A program made the position numbers and the translations under genes. A stretch of DNA of 64,000 nt, taken from IMG/VR virus record IMGVR_UViG_3300040801_004114. One strand, written 5' to 3'. Each line of letters begins with the position of its first letter. Position 1 is the stretch's first letter. Below the pieces are notes generated by a model, which saw nothing but the letters and a program-made list of their open reading frames with translations, made no database searches and was not told the DNA's origin. Shown here piece by piece: positions 25,707-35,088 of the stretch. The DNA is from a virus.

Positions 25707-27274
25707 ACTTTTTAGAAATTTATTACACAGACGTTTACAAAACTGGACACAAAGCTATGCTACCCAAAGGCAGCGTTCTGATGCAGTCTAACTTTACACC
25801 AAGAAGTGGCAAACACACTAACTGTCCTAATGAAGGTAAAGTAGTAGTGGTCGGATCACAAATGATGGTTAGGAAAATGCACAAAGATTGGAATGATAAC
25901 TTTTTCAATAGACCTGTTCAAGAGATTGAACAATTTGGAAAAGATATGACAGATATGCTTATGTTAGATGAGCCATTTGATGTCTCACACTTCAAAGAAT
26001 TACACGAGTTGGGTTATCTTCCGATAGAGTTCAGATCTATCACTGAAGGAGAAAGAATCCCTTACAAAGTACCTATGACAACAATTGTTAATACTAAGCC
26101 CTTAAATGGGAAAGTATTTGACTGGATTGTTAATTATTTGGAAACGATAAATTCTGCTGAATCATGGCAAGCACCAACTTCTGCCACATTATCTTTTGCT
26201 TTAAGACAGTTATCTACTAAATGGATTAAGAAAACTGATAGCAAGAACATGTGGTTTGTCGATTTTCAAAACCATGATTTCTCTATGAGGGGGTTAGGTG
26301 GAAAAACTGCTATTGTTAATAGTGGGGTCGGATTTGCTACATCTTCAAGGGGTTCAGATAGTCTACCAGTTATCCCTGCAACGAGAATGTTCTATGATGA
26401 AAAAGATGTTTCTATTAACTCAGTTATCGCCACCGAACACGCTATAATGTGTTCATTAACAGGTTTTTATATCAAAAGACAAAAAGGTGATTGGGATAAA
26501 ATAGGTAATTTTGAAATAAAAACCTTTAAGTATTTATTAGAAAAATTTCCAACTGGAATACTATCAGTAGTATCTGATACATGGGATTTATGGAGAGTAG
26601 TGACAGAATATTGCAAAGAGCTTAAAGAAGAAATATTAGCCAGAAAGGGTAAATTAGTTATTCGTCCAGACTCAGGTGATCCAGTTGATATTATATGTGG
26701 TAAAAACACTAGAGAAGATGCAAGTGAATTTGATTCTAAGCACCCATCTTATAAAGGTGTTGTCGAACTTTTATATGAAGTATTCGGTGGAGAAAGAACT
26801 GACGAAGGATATATCAGACTCCATGAAAATATAGGTGTTATCTATGGTGATTCAATTAATTATGATAGAGCATCAAGAATTTATAAAAGGTTAGCCGACA
26901 AAGGATTTTCGACAACTAATGTTGTCTTGGGAGTTGGATCGTACTCACTTCAGATGGTTACCAGAGATACACATGGTATGGCGCAAAAAGCTACCTATGT
27001 TGAGGTTGAGGTTGAGGGGAAAGTAGAAGGTATCGAAGTATACAAAGATCCGATAACCGACTCTGGTATTAAAAAATCAGCAAAGGGACTTTTAAAAGTA
27101 GTTAAAGAAAATGGTGAATACGTTCTTAATGACCAAGTGTCTTGGGAAGAAGTACAGCAAGAAGATAATGAATTAAAAGTTATTTTCAAAGATGGAGAAT
27201 TTTTCAATCAAACTACATTTAGTGAAATTAGAAAAAGGTTAGCAGAAAATTCAAATGTTCCTGAGCTAGCATAG
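25703..27274 (+). CDS. nadV: Nicotinamide phosphoribosyltransferase-like enzyme (NadV/NAMPT; candidate NARP1 Namat)
   Basis: TDVYKTGH, HDFSMRG, ATEHAIM, SVVSDTWD, IRPDSGDP, YGDSI, GVGSYS, TRDT, KDPITDSGIKKSAKG. Confidence 0.92.
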   Translation: MNFLEIYYTDVYKTGHKAMLPKGSVLMQSNFTPRSGKHTNCPNEGKVVVVGSQMMVRKMHKDWNDNFFNRPVQEIEQFGKDMTDMLMLDEPFDVSHFKELHELGYLPIEFRSITEGERIPYKVPMTTIVNTKPLNGKVFDWIVNYLETINSAESWQAPTSATLSFALRQLSTKWIKKTDSKNMWFVDFQNHDFSMRGLGGKTAIVNSGVGFATSSRGSDSLPVIPATRMFYDEKDVSINSVIATEHAIMCSLTGFYIKRQKGDWDKIGNFEIKTFKYLLEKFPTGILSVVSDTWDLWRVVTEYCKELKEEILARKGKLVIRPDSGDPVDIICGKNTREDASEFDSKHPSYKGVVELLYEVFGGERTDEGYIRLHENIGVIYGDSINYDRASRIYKRLADKGFSTTNVVLGVGSYSLQMVTRDTHGMAQKATYVEVEVEGKVEGIEVYKDPITDSGIKKSAKGLLKVVKENGEYVLNDQVSWEEVQQEDNELKVIFKDGEFFNQTTFSEIRKRLAENSNVPELA

Positions 27275-27292
27275 ATTTTATATTGTTACATT

Positions 27293-27326
27293 AAAAGCCA
27301 TAATTTATAAAGTTATGGCTTTTTTT
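27293..27326 (+). terminator. Intrinsic terminator of the NAD operon
   Basis: AAAAGCCATAA...TTATGGCTTTT plus T run. Confidence 0.8.
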
Positions 27327-27339
27327 AATTTAATTTGTG

Positions 27340-27347
27340 TATATTTG
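27340..27347 (+). promoter_or_regulatory. Bacteroidota sigma -7 element TAnnTTTG
   Basis: TATATTTG just after the terminator, upstream of 27389. Confidence 0.6.
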
Positions 27348-27388
27348 TGTGTGGTTTATGAATTTAAAAATAATAAAAAAGCTTTATA

Positions 27389-27967
27389 ATGAATATATTC
27401 GGTGAAGATATCCCAGGTGATCTTAATTTAGATTCAAGGTTTGATAAATTATTTCAACCTACTAAAAAATTAGAATATTTAGACAATAATCTTGACTTAG
27501 AAATATCCACATCAAAGTTCATCGAGTGGTTAACTTTAGAAAATGATTACATGACTGGTGTTTATAAAGAAGATGTATCATCTATGTGTGAATACTCTTG
27601 TTTATATTTATCAATGCTTTTCTTTTATGAGAAATTGGATGGTGAGTTAAAAATTTATACTGGCAATTATGGTTTTTGGGAGCATTTTTGGATGGGATAT
27701 GATTATAAAGGAACTACATATTTTATAGATTTAACATTGGTGCAGTTCGAAGATGATGCGCCTAGGTTATCTATAACTAAATTAGATGAAAATAATAAAA
27801 ATGGAAGCTATGAATGGGATGATGAACACATAATTGACATTAAAGAATATGTTGAATCTAAAGGTGCTTTTGGATTTTATACCAACCCACATACTATGAA
27901 AAAACCAAAAGTTTATGATTATATTAAATCAAATCCATTCAACTCATTAAATGATATAAGCTTATGA
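27389..27967 (+). CDS. Putative transglutaminase/papain-like fold protein
   Basis: Spaced Cys-His-Asp: MCEYSC...G.....EHFW...FIDLTLVQF. Confidence 0.5.
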   Translation: MNIFGEDIPGDLNLDSRFDKLFQPTKKLEYLDNNLDLEISTSKFIEWLTLENDYMTGVYKEDVSSMCEYSCLYLSMLFFYEKLDGELKIYTGNYGFWEHFWMGYDYKGTTYFIDLTLVQFEDDAPRLSITKLDENNKNGSYEWDDEHIIDIKEYVESKGAFGFYTNPHTMKKPKVYDYIKSNPFNSLNDISL

Positions 27968-28515
27968 TTATCCATAAAAATGATCTGTATAGAACATTTA
28001 AATTATATGATAAAAGCATTAATTTAAAAATATTTCATATTTTATACTATGTTCACGCTGTAATTATAATGATTGTTAGCTCTGTGGCTTATGATGAAAG
28101 CATGTATTCTTTTATAGGTCTTTTTTCTTTTTCTTTAATACTCATATTATCAATGCTAGGACTTACTTATTATTATCAAATGTATAAAAAAGGTAAGCTT
28201 AAATTTGATTATTCATTGTATCATTTGCCAGAAAATGGTGATAGGATGATTTGTACTGAAAGTTTTTATTATAGAGCAATAAGTAATAAAATATATTCCA
28301 TAAACACAAAAAAATACATTGATAGGTATATCATAGAAGTAGAAAAGGGCGAAGAATTAATAGTTGAATCTCGTGAATTCTATGAGGGTAAGATTTTCAT
28401 ATCATTATTATACAATAACAAAAGAGTAATATTAGATGATTATGTAGACAATATGAAATATATTAAAAGTAAAAAATTAATAAGACTAGAAAAACTTAAA
28501 AAAATGAACATATGA
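27964..28515 (+). CDS. Two-TM membrane protein with C-terminal RxxKL tail
   Basis: Two hydrophobic helices; ends IRLEKLKKMNI. Confidence 0.7.
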   Translation: MIIHKNDLYRTFKLYDKSINLKIFHILYYVHAVIIMIVSSVAYDESMYSFIGLFSFSLILILSMLGLTYYYQMYKKGKLKFDYSLYHLPENGDRMICTESFYYRAISNKIYSINTKKYIDRYIIEVEKGEELIVESREFYEGKIFISLLYNNKRVILDDYVDNMKYIKSKKLIRLEKLKKMNI

Positions 28516-29123
28516 TTACCTTAAAAAATATAGAGGATTCATTAAATATCCATCCTAGTAGAATCCATAATGCCTATATATTTGGATCAAGAGTCTATGG
28601 CACACATACAAAAGAATCTGATTGGGACGTTATAGTTGTTGCTAATAATTCTGTTGAAGCTATCGAAATTGATAACGGTGATCTTAATATTCATGTTTAT
28701 ACACCTGATAAATTTAAAAAGGATTTAGATTGGCATAGAATTAATAATTTAGAGTGTATATATGCCCCGAAGTGGGCAATACTTAAAGAGAATATTGATT
28801 ATAAAACTGATTTTGAAATTTCTATTCCTAAAATAAGACACGCTATATCCCATGTTAGTTCTAACTCTTGGGTAAAGGCAAAAAAGAAAATATTACAAGG
28901 TGATCAGTATATAGGAATCAAGTCACTTTATCACTCAATAAGAATACCAATTTTTGCTAGACAATTACTAGAGGATGGGTATATTAGTTTTGATTCAACT
29001 GCCTCTTTATGGGATGATATAACTAGCTCAGAAATGGATTGGGATAGTCTGTTCTATAAATATAAACCACTACACAACAATGTGTTATCAGAATTTAGAA
29101 AATTAGCACCTAAAAACAAATAA
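28512..29123 (+). CDS. Pol-beta-superfamily nucleotidyltransferase
   Basis: FGSRVYG...SDWDV, then helical C-terminal KAKKK...KSLYHSIRI..FARQL. Confidence 0.8.
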   Translation: MITLKNIEDSLNIHPSRIHNAYIFGSRVYGTHTKESDWDVIVVANNSVEAIEIDNGDLNIHVYTPDKFKKDLDWHRINNLECIYAPKWAILKENIDYKTDFEISIPKIRHAISHVSSNSWVKAKKKILQGDQYIGIKSLYHSIRIPIFARQLLEDGYISFDSTASLWDDITSSEMDWDSLFYKYKPLHNNVLSEFRKLAPKNK

Positions 29124-29163
29124 AAATATAATAAATTATAGTTAGTAATACATAAATAATGCT

Positions 29164-29171
29164 TATATTTG
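29164..29171 (+). promoter_or_regulatory. Bacteroidota sigma -7 element (clpP)
   Basis: TATATTTG upstream of 29205. Confidence 0.6.
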
Positions 29172-29204
29172 CTATCTATAAAATAATAATTTAAAATAAT
29201 AAAT

Positions 29205-29942
29205 ATGCAAAAAACAGATTTTGAAAAGTTCGCTATTAGCGAGGGAGTGCCATCAAGTAGACTTGATTATTACAACAAACAAGTTACCTCTAGTATGACT
29301 CCTTATATTCTTGAAGAAAGGGAAATGAGGGTAACACAAATGGACATTTTTAGCAGAATGTTAAGGGATAGAATTTTGTGGGTCACAGGAGAAGTAAACG
29401 ACTCAATGTCCTCAGTGGTTATGGCACAATTAATGTTTCTTGACAACCAAGAGAAAAAAGATATTAAAATGCACGTTGATAGCCCAGGTGGATCAGTTAA
29501 GAGTGGGTTATCCATGGTAGATGTGATGGAATATGTAAATTCTGATATAGTCACAATTAATACAGGTATGGCTGCATCTATGGGATCTATTCTTTTATCA
29601 TCTGGTACAAAAGGGAAAAGATTTTCCTTGCCTTTTTCTAAAGTAATGACACATATGGTGTCTCATGGAACTAGTGGTAATGTGCAAGATACTAGAATTG
29701 GTCAGATTGAGGCAGAAAAGTACAACTTCGTTCTATTTAAAATCCTAGCACAAAATTGTGGAAAGACGCTAGAAGAAATGTTAGAAACTTCAAGAGTTGA
29801 CAACTGGTTAAATTCTAGCGAAGCTTTACGTTTTGGTATCATTGACGAGATAATCGGGGGTGATGTTAGAGACATGGATAAAATGATGGAAGGTTTTGAT
29901 GAGTACTACATGGAAGAGGTCATCAAAAGGAATAAAAAATAA
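29205..29942 (+). CDS. clpP: ATP-dependent Clp protease proteolytic subunit (Bacteroidota-type N-terminus)
   Basis: TPYILEER...MDIFSR, DSPGGSV, GMAASMGS (Ser), VMTH (His), VDNW (Asp). Confidence 0.93.
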   Translation: MQKTDFEKFAISEGVPSSRLDYYNKQVTSSMTPYILEEREMRVTQMDIFSRMLRDRILWVTGEVNDSMSSVVMAQLMFLDNQEKKDIKMHVDSPGGSVKSGLSMVDVMEYVNSDIVTINTGMAASMGSILLSSGTKGKRFSLPFSKVMTHMVSHGTSGNVQDTRIGQIEAEKYNFVLFKILAQNCGKTLEEMLETSRVDNWLNSSEALRFGIIDEIIGGDVRDMDKMMEGFDEYYMEEVIKRNKK

Positions 29943-29950
29943 AATCAACA

Positions 29951-29985
29951 AAAAGTACGATGTTTAATATAAATTTCGTACTTTT
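29951..29985 (+). terminator. Hairpin after clpP overlapping the next promoter element
   Basis: AAAAGTACGA...TCGTACTTTT. Confidence 0.6.
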
Positions 29986-30007
29986 GTATTTATAAAAAAA
30001 AAAAGAT

Positions 30008-31096
30008 ATGAGCGATTGGAAAGTTAGTAAACAAAAAATAGAGTTGTTCAACCACTCTAATGCTGATTCATTAGAATTGGGAAAAGTAGGTTCATACCAA
30101 GTCGTAGTTCAAAAGGGACTATATAAAAACGGTGATGAAGTTGTTTTTGCGCCTGAAAAATCAATATTATCAGGCAAAATAAGAGAAGAATTTGAAAATT
30201 ATCTAGTTGGTCCTGATAAGAATAGAGTCAAGGCTGTTAGGTTGAGAGGTGAATTTTCTTCTGGCATAATCATTCCTACGCATTTAGTAGGCGATCTTGA
30301 TGATTATGAATTAGGTGTTGATATATCAGATAAATTAGGCATTGAAAAATATGTTCCACCAATCCCTACACAACTAAGAGGATCTGTGAAGCCATTTGAA
30401 ATGGACAAATTAGGTAGCCATGACTGTGAACAGGTTGGTGTCTATCTAAACCAACTTATTCAAGGTGAAAGAGTTGTTATAACAGAAAAAGTGCATGGGT
30501 CACAGTTTATACTTGCTCATGATATAGATAATGAAGATACTATAGTTTCATCTAAGGGTATGTTTAAAAAAGGTCTGTGTATCGACTTTGATCCTAACAA
30601 CTCATATTGGGCAGCTTCTATGAATGATTCAATTGTTGATAAGATTAAATCTAACTTTAAAAGCGGAGTTGTTCAAATCTTTGGAGAAGTAGTACCTGTG
30701 CAAGGTGGTTATAGCTATGGCAGAGAAAAGCCTAATGTTTTGGTATTTGATGTAAGACATGATGGGGTTTCGATTCCTTATGACAAATGTCCACAAGATT
30801 TCTTAGATATTTGGGTCCCTGTTGTATTTGATGGTGAACTTAAAATGGATGAAAAAGTAGAAGATATCTATCGAGATGATGAAAAGGGCATTCATAAAAC
30901 CAAAACTATATATAGTCTACCCAAAGAAATAATTAAAATGTCTAAGGGTAAAGAGCTAGTATCGGGTAAAGGGCTACACATCAAAGAAGGTGTTGTTATA
31001 AGACCTTATATAGATAGAAGAGCAAATGATGGTAAACCACTTAGGTTGAAAGTTATAAACCCTGCTTACAAAGAAACTGGTGAAGAAATAAGCTAA
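30008..31096 (+). CDS. RNA ligase (DRB0094-like, N-terminal OB/tRNA-binding region)
   Basis: HSNADSLEL, RVKAVRLRGEFSSG, motif I TEKVHGS, FGE, FD, EGVV, KVINPAY. Confidence 0.85.
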   Translation: MSDWKVSKQKIELFNHSNADSLELGKVGSYQVVVQKGLYKNGDEVVFAPEKSILSGKIREEFENYLVGPDKNRVKAVRLRGEFSSGIIIPTHLVGDLDDYELGVDISDKLGIEKYVPPIPTQLRGSVKPFEMDKLGSHDCEQVGVYLNQLIQGERVVITEKVHGSQFILAHDIDNEDTIVSSKGMFKKGLCIDFDPNNSYWAASMNDSIVDKIKSNFKSGVVQIFGEVVPVQGGYSYGREKPNVLVFDVRHDGVSIPYDKCPQDFLDIWVPVVFDGELKMDEKVEDIYRDDEKGIHKTKTIYSLPKEIIKMSKGKELVSGKGLHIKEGVVIRPYIDRRANDGKPLRLKVINPAYKETGEEIS

Positions 31097-31107
31097 ATTG
31101 AAAAGCC

Positions 31108-31620
31108 ATGAGTAATAAAATATGGGTAGTTAAGAAAAATAAGTATTCTAAGAAGCTTCAAACTTTCAAGGATGAGGATAGTTTGATACTTTTTTTAGAA
31201 AATCTATCTAACCATGGCTTTTTATCTGAAGCACGCATAACTACATATAGTTATGAATCAGAATATACTGGTGAAAATTTTTTAAAAAATAAAGAAAGAC
31301 AGTATAAGCTTAAGAATGTAATGGGGGATTTAAATGAGGAAGAGAAAAATATAAAGGACTTAATGGATTACATTGAGGAAAATAATTTAGATAATAAAAG
31401 GATTTATAAAAAAATGAAATCATTATTTAAATATCCTGAAAAATTTAAATCTTTTTTGATGACTAATAAAGTTAAGATTTTTAACATTAGTAGTGATCAA
31501 GAATTTATTTTTTTACTCTTAAAGGTTCATAACTTTAGAAGTTTAGATAGTTATAACAACAACTCACCAACCTATAGGGATTCTTTTAGAAAGGCTAAAA
31601 AGAAAATAAAAAAAGTATAA
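31108..31620 (+). CDS. Hypothetical protein
   Basis: 170 aa; internal KERQYKLKNVM resembles the RxxKL motif. Confidence 0.7.
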   Translation: MSNKIWVVKKNKYSKKLQTFKDEDSLILFLENLSNHGFLSEARITTYSYESEYTGENFLKNKERQYKLKNVMGDLNEEEKNIKDLMDYIEENNLDNKRIYKKMKSLFKYPEKFKSFLMTNKVKIFNISSDQEFIFLLLKVHNFRSLDSYNNNSPTYRDSFRKAKKKIKKV

Positions 31621-31644
31621 AATATAAACTTAACAAATTATTAA

Positions 31645-32268
31645 ATGAAAATTAAATCAACTACATTAGAACTATTTAAATATAATGATACTGCTGTATC
31701 CTTTGACCTATTGACACTTTTATTATATGTGTTTATAGACTTTCCTACGGCTACAGCACTTATAATTTCTATTTTTTTACATGAAGCATCACACGCATTT
31801 ATAGCTATTAAACTAGAAAAGAAAGTGAGCAAAATACATGTTGGGCTATTTGCTGGATATGCTAATATAAAAACCAATATGAATCCGAGGGAAGATCTTT
31901 TTGTTTCGCTAGCAGGTCCTGCTTCTAATTTTATTGCATCAGTACTTTTTTTCATTATTTCTATTTTCTTTATAGACACTTCTTTCGGGGAATTCTTGAT
32001 AATACTAAGCTTTGTCAATTTTCTGTTGTGTATTTTTAATATCTTTCCTATATTACCTATGGATGGTGGACATGTATTAAAAGATATTCTTATAATTAAA
32101 AATAAGAAAAATTATTTAAGGACAACATATAAAGTATCTCTCATTACATCAATAGTATTATTTCTTACATTCATGACAATTGGGTTTTATGTGGTGAGTA
32201 TACTATACTTACTCTCAGGTATCTTATCATACACTAAACTTGATAATATGAAAAGCGAAGATTCTTAA
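31645..32268 (+). CDS. Site-2 protease (M50 family) intramembrane metalloprotease
   Basis: HEASH in TM1, AGP, NIFPILPMDGG. Confidence 0.88.
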   Translation: MKIKSTTLELFKYNDTAVSFDLLTLLLYVFIDFPTATALIISIFLHEASHAFIAIKLEKKVSKIHVGLFAGYANIKTNMNPREDLFVSLAGPASNFIASVLFFIISIFFIDTSFGEFLIILSFVNFLLCIFNIFPILPMDGGHVLKDILIIKNKKNYLRTTYKVSLITSIVLFLTFMTIGFYVVSILYLLSGILSYTKLDNMKSEDS

Positions 32269-32338
32269 CTATTTGTTAAAATTATGGAGCTATGGATTAT
32301 TTTAGTTATATTTGGTATGAACTAAAAACAAAATAGAC

Positions 32339-32575
32339 ATGAAATTTTTATCAATAATAATAAAATTTGTACTTAGGGCTTTCCACCTATTCTGGTTTGT
32401 CCTTATGGAAGCAGTAATTTTCTCTTTAATTTACAGAGAAATGATCAACCAAGAGATGGTTATACTAGCTAATATATTAGCAGTCATATTTATAACATGG
32501 TTATTCATAGACATATTTTTAAAAGTATTTGTGGGGACATCAAAAAGTATAATAAGATATATTATAAACATATAA
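32339..32575 (+). CDS. Two-TM membrane protein
   Basis: 78 aa; TATATTTG at 32307. Confidence 0.6.
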   Translation: MKFLSIIIKFVLRAFHLFWFVLMEAVIFSLIYREMINQEMVILANILAVIFITWLFIDIFLKVFVGTSKSIIRYIINI

Positions 32576-32579
32576 GCAT

Positions 32580-32894
32580 ATGGAACAGTTTAAAATACCT
32601 GTCAATAAGTTTTGGCATAATTTGTATAAAAGGCTATCTAATTTCTTTCTTAAGAAAGCAAGGAAAACAGAAAGCCTAGTTATAGATCCAATAAGTGTTA
32701 AATTCCCAACACCACATTGTGTTATTATAAAATTTAATATCGTCAATAGAAATCAGAAATATGAGATTGTAAAACAGGGCGATTGGAAAGAATGGTATAC
32801 AGATGTGTCAAATAATCCAGAAATAATTCCAAAGGGTTTTGATGTAGAAATGGCGATAAGGCATAACTTTCTCAAATCTTATAAGATATCTTAA
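32580..32894 (+). CDS. Hypothetical protein
   Basis: 104 aa followed by a terminator hairpin. Confidence 0.6.
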   Translation: MEQFKIPVNKFWHNLYKRLSNFFLKKARKTESLVIDPISVKFPTPHCVIIKFNIVNRNQKYEIVKQGDWKEWYTDVSNNPEIIPKGFDVEMAIRHNFLKSYKIS

Positions 32895-32919
32895 TTTTCT
32901 CTATATATTTTATTTTTTC

Positions 32920-32945
32920 AAAGTCCTTTTATAGGACTTTTTTCA
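32920..32945 (+). terminator. Intrinsic terminator
   Basis: AAAGTCCT-5nt-AGGACTTT plus T run. Confidence 0.7.
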
Positions 32946-32982
32946 TTTTTTATATATAATATATGTAAAAAAAGACATATGT

Positions 32983-34251
32983 ATGCAAGATAATGAAATA
33001 TTTGATTTAGTTGGGAAAGAAGAAATAAGACAGAAAAATGGATTAGAATTAATTGCTAGTGAAAATTTTACAAGCCAAAATGTTATGGATGTTTGTGGAT
33101 CTGTTCTTACCAATAAGTACGCTGAGGGATACCCAGGTAAAAGATATTATGGGGGATGCTCTGTCGTAGATGAAGTAGAGAATTTAGCCATTGAACGAGC
33201 TAAAAAATTATTTAATGCAGAGTATGTTAATGTACAACCTCATTCAGGATCACAGGCTAACACAGCAGTTTTTTCAGTTTGTCTGAATCCAGGTGATAAA
33301 ATACTCGGGTTTGACCTAGCACATGGCGGTCATCTAACACATGGCTCGCCTGTTAATTTTTCGGGTAAAATTTACAAGTCTATTTTCTATGGCGTTGAAA
33401 AGGAATCAGGTCTCATAGATTATAAACAAGTAGAAAAGTTAGCTATGTTGGAAAAACCTAAACTAATAATTGCAGGTGCATCAGCATATTCCAGAGAAAT
33501 AGATTATGCATTTTTCAGAAGGGTAGCTGATAAAGTAGGTGCTATACTGCTAGCTGATATGGCACATCCAGCAGGTTTAATAGGGGCTGGGCTATTAACA
33601 AGTCCTATAAAACATTGCCACATAATAACATCTACAACACACAAAACTATTAGAGGTCCTAGAGGTGGGATAATAATGATGGGGAAAGATTTTGAAAATC
33701 CATTTAATGATAAAGATAAAAAGGGAAATTTAAAAATGATGTCTACCATGTTAAATTCTGCTATATTTCCAGGTAATCAAGGTGGTCCGCTTATGCACAT
33801 AATAGCTGGTAAAGCTGTTGCATTCGGTGAAGCACTAACACCAGAGTTCGTGACCTACCAAAAGCAAGTAATTAAGAATGCTAAAAAAATAAGCGATGAG
33901 TTTATATCAAGAGGATATAATATAATATCTGGGGGGACAGATAACCACATGGTACTTATCGACTTAAGCAATAAGGGGATGACTGGCAAAGAAGCCGAGA
34001 AAGCCTTAGAGAAAGCTGATATAACAGTAAATAAAAACATGATACCTTATGATACTAAATCACCTTTTGTTACCTCAGGGATAAGAATAGGCACACCAGC
34101 AGTTACTACAAGAGGTCTCAACGAGGATGATATGGTTAATATTGTAAGTATGATAGACGAAGTTATATCTAGCAATGGTGATGAAAAGGTAATCTTGGGG
34201 GTTAAAGAAAGAGTTAATGATATGATGAGTAATAAGCCATTATTTTATTAA
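32983..34251 (+). CDS. glyA: Serine hydroxymethyltransferase
   Basis: [41 protein letters not shown]-lysine [24 protein letters not shown]. Confidence 0.97.
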   Translation: MQDNEIFDLVGKEEIRQKNGLELIASENFTSQNVMDVCGSVLTNKYAEGYPGKRYYGGCSVVDEVENLAIERAKKLFNAEYVNVQPHSGSQANTAVFSVCLNPGDKILGFDLAHGGHLTHGSPVNFSGKIYKSIFYGVEKESGLIDYKQVEKLAMLEKPKLIIAGASAYSREIDYAFFRRVADKVGAILLADMAHPAGLIGAGLLTSPIKHCHIITSTTHKTIRGPRGGIIMMGKDFENPFNDKDKKGNLKMMSTMLNSAIFPGNQGGPLMHIIAGKAVAFGEALTPEFVTYQKQVIKNAKKISDEFISRGYNIISGGTDNHMVLIDLSNKGMTGKEAEKALEKADITVNKNMIPYDTKSPFVTSGIRIGTPAVTTRGLNEDDMVNIVSMIDEVISSNGDEKVILGVKERVNDMMSNKPLFY

Positions 34252-35058
34252 TTCTTTATCCCTTTTTCTTTTCTTCCTATAATAAATAAAAACTGGTATA
34301 ATAATGGGTATTATTAAGGTGGTGGCTAAAATTTCCCACCACCTTTCAATCCATGAAACAAATGAATACCAAATATCACCTTCTACAGGTATTAATTTCT
34401 CATAAACAACTATATCTTTATCAGAGATAGTTATTATCATTTTAAGGTAGTTATCTTTATTAGTAAGGGGCTTTATTCTCCACACCCACTCGGTATAGCC
34501 TTTCTCACCAATACTTTGTTCAGCACTATCATTTACCATTTCTATAATAGCTGAAGAATCATCACTATATAACTTAGCTTTCATTTTATCGCCAATATTT
34601 ATAGATTCTATTATAACTTTATCTTTTGATCCCTTTTCTACTATAGATATTCCCCTATCACCATTTACAATAATATCTACATTATTTTCTTTAGATATCC
34701 TAAGTTTTATGGTTGAATAAACATTTATTTTGAACTTATCTGGAACATTATACCCAATTATTCCAATCCCCTCTTTTTCAACCTCAACACTGTCAATTTT
34801 ATTAATTGTTACAATGGATTCTGAAGGTGTATAATTTGAATCTACCACAGTTCTTTCTTGTCTTGTATTTCGGGAAGTTAAAGTTAACCTATCAACTTGT
34901 TGGTATTGTCCAATACTTTTATACCTAGTAGTATAGATAGAATCATCAACCTTTTTAAAGTTATACTCTATTGCTTCATCTTTTGGCATTAGATCTTTTT
35001 TAGATCCACATGACCATATTATACTAATTATCAGTAATATGTAGAAAACTTTTTTCAT
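34240..35058 (-). CDS. Lipoprotein with C-terminal TM anchor (u-spanin-like topology)
   Basis: Lipobox IWSC after a hydrophobic N-region; C-terminal [20 protein letters not shown] followed by RKKRKR. Confidence 0.65.
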   Translation of the reverse strand: MKKVFYILLIISIIWSCGSKKDLMPKDEAIEYNFKKVDDSIYTTRYKSIGQYQQVDRLTLTSRNTRQERTVVDSNYTPSESIVTINKIDSVEVEKEGIGIIGYNVPDKFKINVYSTIKLRISKENNVDIIVNGDRGISIVEKGSKDKVIIESINIGDKMKAKLYSDDSSAIIEMVNDSAEQSIGEKGYTEWVWRIKPLTNKDNYLKMIITISDKDIVVYEKLIPVEGDIWYSFVSWIERWWEILATTLIIPIIIPVFIYYRKKRKRDKELIK

Positions 35059-35088
35059 AATCTATATATAATTATCAAAATACCAACT

